The translations under genes and the position numbers were made by a program. Positions 19,624-27,244 of a stretch of DNA of 50,923 bases are shown one piece after another (the stretch's first letter is position 1; every line of letters begins with the position of its first letter). The stretch spans positions 1-50,923 of the forward strand of contig JBDTRF010000001.1 of NCBI GenBank assembly GCA_039931815.1, in the 5' to 3' direction. The notes beneath the pieces were generated by a model that made no database searches, had not been told where the DNA came from, and saw nothing but the letters and a program-made list of their open reading frames with translations. This stretch comes from Gemmatimonadota bacterium (GTDB taxonomy: Bacteria; Gemmatimonadota; Gemmatimonadetes; Gemmatimonadales; GWC2-71-9).

Positions 19624-20886
19624 CTACTTCGTGCCAGCCGCGGTCTTCACCCGCATCCCCTCAGTGGGATTTTCCACGCCGCCGTTCAGCAATAGTTCTC
19701 CCCCCGCGAGACCTTTCCGAATTTCGCGGTAGCCGCCGCTTACCGGGCCCGCGTCAACCTGGCGGGATTCCAGGCGATTGTCCCGCACCAGCCAGACGAC
19801 GTTGTTTCCCTTGACCTGCGTCACCGTTTCGGCGGGAACCCGGATCCTGGGCTGGGCCAGGGTCGGGGTCTCCCGCCCGGAATCCGGCTCGATGAAATCG
19901 ACGCGGGCTCCCATCTCGGGGAAGATGCGCGGGTCGTGATCGAGAATCGTCACTTTGACCTGGACGGTCGCACGCTGCCGATCGGCGGTCGGAACCACCT
20001 GGCGCACGACCCCGCGAAATGCCGTGTCGGGATACGCATCGAGGGTAATTCGCGCACCCTGGGGCTTCCGGATTCGGCCGATGTAGGCCTCGTTGACATC
20101 GACCTCGACCTCCAGCGTCGTCAGGTCGGCCATGGTGACCACGGCCCCGCGGGTAAGCCCGCCTCCCACGCTCGGAGCCACGACTTCTCCCACCTCGGCT
20201 TCCTTGCGAAGGACGGTTCCCGTAAACGGCGCCCGGATGTAGGTGTTCTCCAGGCTGGCCTTGGCGAAATCAAGCGCGGCGACCGCGACATTCACGCGGG
20301 CCGCGGCCGCACCCGACCGGGCCGTGGCCTGCGCCGCTTTGCTATCCACTGATTCCACGTCCTGCGCGGAGACCAGGTCGGGCGATCGGGCGTGGATGTC
20401 GCGTGTGCGTTTCGCTTCTCGTTCGAGCTGGTCACGGTTCGCGTTGGCTTCGACCACATCGGCGCGGGCACTGGCGAGCGAAGCGTCCGCGCCGGCAACC
20501 TGGGCCGCGTAATCGGTGTTGTCCAGCTGCGCGATCACCTCGCCCTTCCGGACGAACGAACCTTCGCTCACGCCAAGATGGGCCAGGCGGCCCGCAAGCT
20601 TGGCAGAAACAGATGCCCTCGTCCGAGCCACGACGTAGCCATTGGCGGTGACACTCGTGGTTCCCCCAACCGACCCGCTTGAGCCGCTCGACCCGGCGCT
20701 CGCGTTCGCGGCAAAGACCTGGACGGTCGGGACATTGGCGCGGCGGAAATAGAGAACCGCGACGATGGCCAATGCCACCAGGATTGCAACGATGACGAGA
20801 TTGCGCACCAGCGCATGACGCACCCCGGGTGGTGGAGTGTCGCGGTTGAGCCGGAGTTTGGAAAGGTCAGGAGCTGGTGTAGTCAT
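19624..20886 (-). CDS. periplasmic adaptor (HlyD/MacA-family membrane fusion protein)
   Basis: N-terminal TM anchor (LVIVAILVALAIVAVLYF), long coiled-coil hairpin, and beta-barrel/lipoyl motifs (IRAPFTGTVL). First gene of the adaptor-ATPase-permease-permease operon. Confidence 0.85.
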   Translation of the reverse strand: MTTPAPDLSKLRLNRDTPPPGVRHALVRNLVIVAILVALAIVAVLYFRRANVPTVQVFAANASAGSSGSSGSVGGTTSVTANGYVVARTRASVSAKLAGRLAHLGVSEGSFVRKGEVIAQLDNTDYAAQVAGADASLASARADVVEANANRDQLEREAKRTRDIHARSPDLVSAQDVESVDSKAAQATARSGAAAARVNVAVAALDFAKASLENTYIRAPFTGTVLRKEAEVGEVVAPSVGGGLTRGAVVTMADLTTLEVEVDVNEAYIGRIRKPQGARITLDAYPDTAFRGVVRQVVPTADRQRATVQVKVTILDHDPRIFPEMGARVDFIEPDSGRETPTLAQPRIRVPAETVTQVKGNNVVWLVRDNRLESRQVDAGPVSGGYREIRKGLAGGELLLNGGVENPTEGMRVKTAAGTK

Positions 20887-20960
20887 TGGGCCGTGAATCT
20901 AATGTCGCAAGAGATCGACTAATTCAAGATTGGAAGAACTCAAATCGAGAGATCGTGACG

Positions 20961-22313
20961 CTATTCGGCCGATGCAACGGCAGACAGCGACGCTTCCATT
21001 ACCCGGAGACCCTCTTCGATCAGGTCATCGGAGGCGGTCAGTGGAACCAGAATACGCACCACGTTTCCATAGGTTCCAGCCGAGAGGAGAATCAGGCCAC
21101 GCCTGAGCGCTTCAGCAAGGAACTGACTGGTCCGAGTCTTGTCAGGATGTTTTGTGGCGCGATCGGTGACGAATTCCATCGCGATCATCGCACCGAGGCC
21201 ACGTACGTCACCGATGAATTGATGGGTAGTCGCCCATTGATTGAACCGGGCACGGATGATCCGCCCAATGCGATCTCCGTGCTCCGGGATCTTCTCGCGT
21301 TCCATCACGTCGAGGACAGCCAGGGCCGCGGCACAGGCAAGAGGGTTGCCGCCGTACGTCCCGCCCAGCCCACCAACCTGCGGCGCATCGAGCACATCGG
21401 CCCGGCCGGTTACCGCCGCGAGCGGAAGGCCACCGGCGAGCGATTTGGCGGTGGTGATGAGATCGGGAACCAGGCCATAGTGCTCGCAGGCGAAGAGTTT
21501 TCCCGTCCGCCCGAACCCGGTCTGAATTTCATCGGCAATGAAGAGAATACCGTGCTTACGGGCGAACTCGGCCATCGCGCTGACATACTCAACCGGTGCG
21601 GGAACGAACCCTCCTTCACCCAGCTCCAGTTCCATGATTATGGCCGCCACCGAGGCGGGATCGACCACACCGGCAAAAAGCTGCTCCAGGTAACTGCTGT
21701 CGGCCTGGCAACAACGGCCGCCCGGTATTTCTGGCGCCGCCGGGCAGCGATAACAATACGGAAACGGGATCCGGTAGATCTCCGGCGCGAATGGCCCGAA
21801 CCCTTTTTTGTACGGCATCACCTTGGCAGTGAGGCCCATCGTGAGGTTGGTCCGCCCATGAAAGGCATGGTCCAGGCACACTACCGCCTGCCGCCCGGTG
21901 AAAAAGCGCGCGGCCTTGATCGCATTTTCCACCGCTTCGGCGCCGCTGTTCACGAACAACGTCCGTTTTTCGTGGGTGCCCGGCGTGATCGCATTCATGC
22001 GTTCGGCCAGGAGCACATATGGCTCGTAGGTCGCGACGGGGAACGCGAGGTGCAGGTAGTGATCGAGCTGTTCCCGAATGGCCGCCAGTACTTCCGGATT
22101 CCGGTGGCCTACATTGAGCGTGCCGATGCCGCCGGCGAAATCAATCAGCCGGTTGCCGTCAACATCCGTGATGATCGCGCCATCCGCGTGGGCCACGGCA
22201 ATCGAAGTGGTCGCGGGAACTGCGGCAGATACGGCGTTCCTGCGCCGCACCATGAGGGCCTGGCTGGCGGGACCGGGGATGGCAGTCTTGAGCTGGATGA
22301 CGGACATGGGCAC
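20961..22313 (-). CDS. gabT: 4-aminobutyrate--2-oxoglutarate transaminase
   Basis: Class-III aminotransferase with GabT-like N-terminus (IPGP.S..L..RR...V) plus DVDGNRLIDFAGGIGTLNVGHRNP, IADEIQTGFGRTGK and TTAKSLAGGLPL (PLP lysine). Start is GTG 22313 or ATG 22307. Confidence 0.9.
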   Translation of the reverse strand: MPMSVIQLKTAIPGPASQALMVRRRNAVSAAVPATTSIAVAHADGAIITDVDGNRLIDFAGGIGTLNVGHRNPEVLAAIREQLDHYLHLAFPVATYEPYVLLAERMNAITPGTHEKRTLFVNSGAEAVENAIKAARFFTGRQAVVCLDHAFHGRTNLTMGLTAKVMPYKKGFGPFAPEIYRIPFPYCYRCPAAPEIPGGRCCQADSSYLEQLFAGVVDPASVAAIIMELELGEGGFVPAPVEYVSAMAEFARKHGILFIADEIQTGFGRTGKLFACEHYGLVPDLITTAKSLAGGLPLAAVTGRADVLDAPQVGGLGGTYGGNPLACAAALAVLDVMEREKIPEHGDRIGRIIRARFNQWATTHQFIGDVRGLGAMIAMEFVTDRATKHPDKTRTSQFLAEALRRGLILLSAGTYGNVVRILVPLTASDDLIEEGLRVMEASLSAVASAE

Positions 22314-22320
22314 GGCCTTG

Positions 22321-22364
22321 GAGGCGAGTGCCGGAAAGATACCGGGAGTATGGGGTATGTCGAG
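22321..22364 (-). promoter_or_regulatory. sigma70-like promoter element upstream of gabT (copy A of a duplicated ~45-nt element)
   Basis: Minus strand: TCGACA (plus 22358..22363), 16-nt spacer, TATCTT (plus 22336..22341). Nearly identical to 28193..28237: a 17-nt exact block GGAAAGATACCGGGAGT plus a 9-nt exact block TATGTCGAG at the same spacing. Confidence 0.4.
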
Positions 22365-22486
22365 CCGGGAGTTGGCCCGGATTCGATCGTGCCGCCGGGC
22401 CGGCTCGCCGTGCTTTCAGCCCGGAAATAGTTTTCATCTTTTTACGCATTGCCACCGCAGGTGGCTTTTTTGAATGGCCACCCAGG

Positions 22487-22513
22487 AAAAACGCCGCTCG
22501 AACGACGCGGCGC
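22487..22513 (-). terminator. rho-independent terminator after the SBP/OmpA gene
   Basis: Minus strand reads CGCCGC-GTCGTTCGA-GCGGCG followed by TTTTT. It lies about 25 nt downstream of the stop at 22536. Confidence 0.6.
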
Positions 22514-22535
22514 TTCCTCTATACTCGTTGCCAGG

Positions 22536-24188
22536 CTACTCCACCGTAAACCACTGGACCTCGACACGCCGGTTCTGATCCGAATCGGTGCCAATCGGCT
22601 CATCCCATCCCCGTCCCACGACTTCCAGTCGCTTGGAATCGACGCTGAGCTTTTCGGACAGAACTCGCCGAATCTCCGATGCCCGGTTCTTACTCAGTTC
22701 GACCGCCTTGAGCGCCATCTGGCGCACGAACGCTTCCCCGCCCTGCTTGCGGAACTCGGGGACCATCGCGTTATCGACGTGACCGCGCAGGAGAATCGTT
22801 GACCCGGGGCTCACCTGGAGCAGGCGCTTGATCGCGTCCAGGTTCCTCAGGTTGCTGGTGTCCTGCAGGTTGAGCTTGGATGAATTCGGCTCGAACAGGA
22901 ACCGGATATCCTTGCTGAGCAGCGGATCGGTCTCGACCGTCCCGCTCGATCCTGAGCGGATCGGGGCGATCGCCACCGTCTGGTTCGCGAAATTTCCCGA
23001 GGCCTTCGCGGCATCAAGCCCCTTGAGGCCGAGGAAGCGCTCGGCGTCGACCGGGTCCTTGATAAGATCGGGACCATAGGCATACACCGCGGACTGATAG
23101 ATCCCACCAAAACTTCCTGCCGCATCGATCGCTCCGGAGAAGAAGGCCTGGTTTTCGGGGAGATTTGACAGGTGCACCTTGGCCAGCTCGGCCCGGGCGT
23201 CTTCCCGACTCCAACCGAACGCGCGCGCGACCACGTCGAGATTGCCCTCCGGATTGTCTCGCACCATGCGATTGCCTTCGAGCAGGCCATGCACCAGCCC
23301 GACAACAATCTCCGGATGCTGCTCGGCAAATCCCTTGTTCAGCACCAGGATGTCGGCGATGATGAGCAGGTTGCGATTGGTCGTGAGAATCCTGGCCTGC
23401 CCGCCGCTCCTGGCGATGACCTCGGACGTCTTGGGCTCCCAGGTGACACATCCCGCCAGTCGATTCTTGCCCGAGGTCACATCGTCGAGGAAAAGCGACC
23501 CGGCACTGAACCCATCGTCGGTGTACACCAGGTTGATCTTGTTGGGATCCGGGGTCGCGTCGAGGCTGCCCAGTGCATTGATGGCGAGACCGGCCTCCTG
23601 GGCCAGGTAGCGGATAAAGAAATCCACTTCGGTGAACTGCGCCGCAGCGATGACCTTCCCTTTCAGGCCGTTCACCCGGGAGATGTCCTTGCGAACAACC
23701 AGCCCGTCGGCACCGCGGGAAAATCCGATCTGGGCCGGCACGACCACCTGGAACTGGCGGCCGTAGACGGCAAGCACATCAACCGTCGTGACCGATCCTG
23801 CGAGCGTGCCCGAGTTGAGCGGCGACCAGCTCTCTTCCTCGCTCACGGTCAGCTTGACTTTGAATCCCCCGCTCCGGAAGAAGACCGAGTTCTCATTGGG
23901 CTCGAGTCCACCGTTGGCGGCGATGAGCCCGGCATAGCCGGCGTATTCACTGATTTCGATGGGGACGATATTGTCCTTGAGCTGATAGGCCCCCGGAGGA
24001 GCCAGCCTGGGTACCTCCATCTGAAGCTGGGAAACCTCGGCCGGCCCCTCCTCTGACTGGCTGTCGGTTTTACCGGGGCCGCCGGGAGCCGGCTTGCGAA
24101 CGATGTAGAGCCCCACGGCGATGACGCCAAGGACAAGCAGAAGGGAAACCAGTTTGCCCAACGGGGTGACGCGAGGTTCACCGGCCAC
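22536..24188 (-). CDS. membrane-anchored fusion protein: periplasmic substrate-binding-protein fold (NMT1/SsuA-like) plus C-terminal OmpA-like peptidoglycan-binding domain
   Basis: GTG start preceded by AGGAG. N-terminal TM LGKLVSLLLVLGVIAVGLYIV. The central ~330 aa resembles ABC nitrate/sulfonate/bicarbonate-type SBPs. C-terminus ILLRGHVDN...LSKNRASEIRRVLSEKLSVDSKRLEVVGRGWDEPIGTDSDQNRRVEV is an OmpA_C signature. Confidence 0.85.
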   Translation of the reverse strand: MAGEPRVTPLGKLVSLLLVLGVIAVGLYIVRKPAPGGPGKTDSQSEEGPAEVSQLQMEVPRLAPPGAYQLKDNIVPIEISEYAGYAGLIAANGGLEPNENSVFFRSGGFKVKLTVSEEESWSPLNSGTLAGSVTTVDVLAVYGRQFQVVVPAQIGFSRGADGLVVRKDISRVNGLKGKVIAAAQFTEVDFFIRYLAQEAGLAINALGSLDATPDPNKINLVYTDDGFSAGSLFLDDVTSGKNRLAGCVTWEPKTSEVIARSGGQARILTTNRNLLIIADILVLNKGFAEQHPEIVVGLVHGLLEGNRMVRDNPEGNLDVVARAFGWSREDARAELAKVHLSNLPENQAFFSGAIDAAGSFGGIYQSAVYAYGPDLIKDPVDAERFLGLKGLDAAKASGNFANQTVAIAPIRSGSSGTVETDPLLSKDIRFLFEPNSSKLNLQDTSNLRNLDAIKRLLQVSPGSTILLRGHVDNAMVPEFRKQGGEAFVRQMALKAVELSKNRASEIRRVLSEKLSVDSKRLEVVGRGWDEPIGTDSDQNRRVEVQWFTVE

Positions 24189-24230
24189 GGCGAGCTCCTG
24201 AAGAAAAAGTGGAAACCTGGGCGCGGACGA

Positions 24231-24968
24231 CTATTGCTTGGGACCAATTTCCTTCTGCGCCTGCGGAGCGGTACTCTCGCCGCCAGCCGCGATCCCCTGC
24301 GAGGCGAGAAACTCGGCCAGGGCTCCCTGCTCCAGTGCCTTGCGCTCGTTTTCCTTTTCCTGCACCGTATCGAGATCCACCAGGTCCTTCGCGACGCGTG
24401 CCTTGCCCGCCGAGAGCTCGTACCGCTTCTGCAGCGCTTCCTCGACGGTCTTCATGGTATCGCCAAGATCACCGACCTTGAATGCGGCATTCCCGAGCGC
24501 GGCAGCGGCTTCGGCCTGCGCCTCCTTGATCTTGACCTGGGACAGCTGCTTGTCGAGGCGCCGAATCTTGTCCTCGAATTCTTTCTGGGCAACTTTCGCC
24601 TGCCGGAGATTGGCCTGGTAGGCTTCTTCGGTTTCCTTGAGCTCCTCGCTGTCGGTCGACATGTCGGCCTTGAGCTCCTGGAGTTCGCGGGCGAGACTCC
24701 CGGCGAGGTCGAGGTTTCCGGCCTGGTGATTGGCCAGGATCCGGCGCTCCAGGTCGCTGGCGCGGGCAGTTTTCCCCTTGACCTGGTTCTTGAGCCGCTC
24801 GGCCACTCCACCCATCCGCGCCAGGGCCAGGTTGTATTGCACCATCTTCTGGCGGAAGTCCTGCTTGGCCGCCTCCATGAGGGCTTCGGGGTTCTGCTCT
24901 TCGATACCGCTGATGAACAGTCCCACGAATCCCCGGAACAGCCGCCCGATCCTGGCAAATATCGCCAT
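24231..24968 (-). CDS. pspA: PspA/IM30 family protein (ESCRT-III superfamily)
   Basis: Track ORF trimmed to MAIFARIGRLFRGFVGLFISGIEEQNPEALMEAAKQDFRQKM, which is collinear with the E. coli PspA N-terminus MGIFSRFADIV...EDPQKL. Long heptad helices follow. RBS AGGAG upstream. Confidence 0.9.
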   Translation of the reverse strand: MAIFARIGRLFRGFVGLFISGIEEQNPEALMEAAKQDFRQKMVQYNLALARMGGVAERLKNQVKGKTARASDLERRILANHQAGNLDLAGSLARELQELKADMSTDSEELKETEEAYQANLRQAKVAQKEFEDKIRRLDKQLSQVKIKEAQAEAAAALGNAAFKVGDLGDTMKTVEEALQKRYELSAGKARVAKDLVDLDTVQEKENERKALEQGALAEFLASQGIAAGGESTAPQAQKEIGPKQ

Positions 24969-25040
24969 CAGTACGCTCCTGTGAATGGTGCCAGCCCCAA
25001 AGTAAACTCGAACAGTCAAATCGCGAGCCGATCGGTCGAT

Positions 25041-25069
25041 CGTATACTGCTCCGACGGGGATCTGTCGG
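25041..25069 (-). promoter_or_regulatory. candidate sigma70-like promoter for pspA
   Basis: Minus strand: CCGACA (plus 25064..25069), 17-nt spacer, TATACG (plus 25041..25046). Nested palindromes CGATCG and CCGATCGG (25027..25041) follow in the predicted 5' UTR. Motif-level call only. Confidence 0.3.
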
Positions 25070-25528
25070 CACTTCTGCTATCTGACAGGTCATTCAGACG
25101 TCGATCCGGCTCTAATACGACACGCGAAAAACGAAAACCAATTCAACGTCAATGCTGAACGTAAATCCCGCACATCAGCACGCCTTTTATCGACCAGCCG
25201 ACTCGCCTTTGAAGACCATACAAAACAGCAAGGTATGGCGGCATTACTAACAGTCTCTTGTCTCTGCAATTCCCTTTGATGGGACGGGTATCTGTTGTCG
25301 GGTTTTCGTTCTTCGTTGATCGCGTCAAAACAGTATCGACGCCCGAGACGGTTGAACAGGAGAATAAAAACCGCCGGAGAAGTATCCGTTTGAGCCCGGC
25401 AAGTGAGCCGATGGTGGCCTAAATCCATCGGCTGAACATGGAGCAGGCCAGCGTATTGTCTCGCCCTGCTGTCCTCCCGCCGGGGTCCCTGTTTCTCTCT
25501 CTCATTGACCCGGGTACCAACGAACCTG

Positions 25529-27244
25529 TTAGACGAAACGACGCAGCTCATCGATCTGCCGTTCCAGTTCCTCCGGAGCCAGATCTCGAAAATGGGGCGG
25601 CAGGAATCTGGAGTCGGTGCATTCTTTCACGGCGACGAGATCCATGTACTCCAGTTTGCGGGTATGCGCACTGGGCCGCACCTCGCTGAAGACCTTCTGC
25701 ATGATCTCCTTAAGCGGCGGCCTGGGCTCAGGAGCCAGCTCGAAGACGCGGAGGGCACGGACGAGGATGCCTTCCAGCTCGTTTCCACCCAGTTGCAAGC
25801 CGTCTCCCAGGTCGGGCAGGTCAGTCTCCAGAAGCGGCATCTTCAACTTCTTCGCGACTGCCAGGAGAAGCGCGCGGCGTTCCTCCGGTGTGGCCGGGGG
25901 GAAGAGTGGCATGTGAACATCCAGGCGACCCTGGCGCTTCAGGTCCACCTCCAGGAGATCGGGTCGGGAGGTCGCAAAGACCCAGATAATGCGACCCCGG
26001 TTCCTCGTATCCGACATCTCTTTCGCCAGCATCGAATAGACCCGACCGGACAAGCCTCCATCGCCGTCGCCCGACTCCCGTTTCCCGGCCGCCTGGTCCG
26101 CCTCATCGACAAACACGACCACCTGGCCCAGGGCCCGTAGCACCGCAAAGATTTTTTCCAGGTTGGATTCCGTTGCCCCCACCCACCGGTCTCGAAAATT
26201 CTTGAGCACGACACAGGGAATGCCCAGCTCACCGGCCCATGCCTGTACGACGAACGTCTTGCCGGTACCGATTCGGCCGGTAATCAGGTAACCCATCGGC
26301 AGCGCATGCAGCGCGCCTCGCTTGAGTAACGTGGTGTCCTCGCGGAGCCAGGCTTTCACCGCATCCAGCCCTGCGACGTTGTCGAGCGTGTAGGAAGATT
26401 CGATAAACTCGAGGAGGCCCTGGCACTCCCGTTCGATCATCTGCTTCTTCATCTGGCTGAGCCAGGCGGCGGTGATCTTCTGCCCGTTGCCGAGCGCCGA
26501 GGCGATCACGGTCCGGGCGCCGACCCGGCTGAGACCGGTGAGCCGGCGGGCCAGCATCTCGGTCGATACTTCGCACCGCGCGGCCAGGTCGGGGAACTGG
26601 GTCGATATCAGGGCGGCGAGGTACTCCTGCATCTCCTGCTCATTCGGGAGGGGAATCCGCAAGGTTGCCTGGTGAGGGTTTTCCACCACCAGCTCATTGA
26701 GATCGCCCGCTTCTTCGGTGAGAAGCACCGTTACGATGTTGGACTGGAGCACCGCCGGGTCGTTGGCCCACCCCAGTGTCTTGACCACGTTGGCGCTGAA
26801 TGGCCCGCCCAGCGATGCCGGATCTCCGCGGGGAACGACGAACTCGGCAAAGTCGATGATCACTGCAATGCGATGATTGCCGGAACCAGCGCCCTTGATC
26901 GCCTGGAGATTGAGCGAGCGGAGCAGGAAGCGGTCAATCAATTCCAGCGCGGCGCCGGGCTCCCGCAGCTGCGCCATGGTGAGCGCATCGGGCCCGAGCG
27001 AAGTGCGGAGCCATTCGCCCCAGTCCTCTGCGCCTTTCGCCGCCCGGATTCCCTGCCCCCGATCGTAGGTCAGGACGGTGTCGTATCCGTCGAACATGGC
27101 ATCGACCAGGAATCGTTTGAGCGAAAGCAGCTTGCCGCCCGATGGCACCACGTCAAAGATGTTGCCGTGGACGATGAACTGGGAGACGGACCCGGAGCGA
27201 AAGAGATCGCCCATTTCCTTCGCCCAGGGAGGTAATGCGGTCAC
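25529..27244 (-). CDS. AAA+ ATPase, classical AAA clade, with a degenerate N-terminal AAA-like module
   Basis: Track ORF 25529..27340. I prefer GTG 27244, which overlaps the upstream stop as GTGA. D2 has Walker A GRIGTGKT, Walker B VVVFVDEAD, and SRH FATSRPDLLEVDLKRQGRLD. The N-terminal half has AAA-like strand/helix spacing but no GKT (FIVHGNIFD) and IIDFAEF in place of DExD. Confidence 0.85.
   Translation of the reverse strand: MTALPPWAKEMGDLFRSGSVSQFIVHGNIFDVVPSGGKLLSLKRFLVDAMFDGYDTVLTYDRGQGIRAAKGAEDWGEWLRTSLGPDALTMAQLREPGAALELIDRFLLRSLNLQAIKGAGSGNHRIAVIIDFAEFVVPRGDPASLGGPFSANVVKTLGWANDPAVLQSNIVTVLLTEEAGDLNELVVENPHQATLRIPLPNEQEMQEYLAALISTQFPDLAARCEVSTEMLARRLTGLSRVGARTVIASALGNGQKITAAWLSQMKKQMIERECQGLLEFIESSYTLDNVAGLDAVKAWLREDTTLLKRGALHALPMGYLITGRIGTGKTFVVQAWAGELGIPCVVLKNFRDRWVGATESNLEKIFAVLRALGQVVVFVDEADQAAGKRESGDGDGGLSGRVYSMLAKEMSDTRNRGRIIWVFATSRPDLLEVDLKRQGRLDVHMPLFPPATPEERRALLLAVAKKLKMPLLETDLPDLGDGLQLGGNELEGILVRALRVFELAPEPRPPLKEIMQKVFSEVRPSAHTRKLEYMDLVAVKECTDSRFLPPHFRDLAPEELERQIDELRRFV

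Noticed and set aside
24981-25000. TGGCAC on the minus strand just upstream of pspA, which might suggest a sigma-54 (-24/-12) promoter as in classical psp operons.
   Set aside because: The element reads TGGCAC-CATTC-ACAGG, with no TTGC-type -12 box. It also sits only ~15 nt from the ATG and overlaps the AGGAG RBS, so it cannot be a promoter. No PspF-type activator is present.
25090-25551. 153-aa minus-strand ORF filling the AAA+/pspA spacer.
   Set aside because: Low-GC region with a Cys/Arg-rich, non-protein-like translation, no RBS and no motif. It overlaps the 3' end of the ATPase gene. I treat it as non-coding, though small-ORF translation cannot be excluded.
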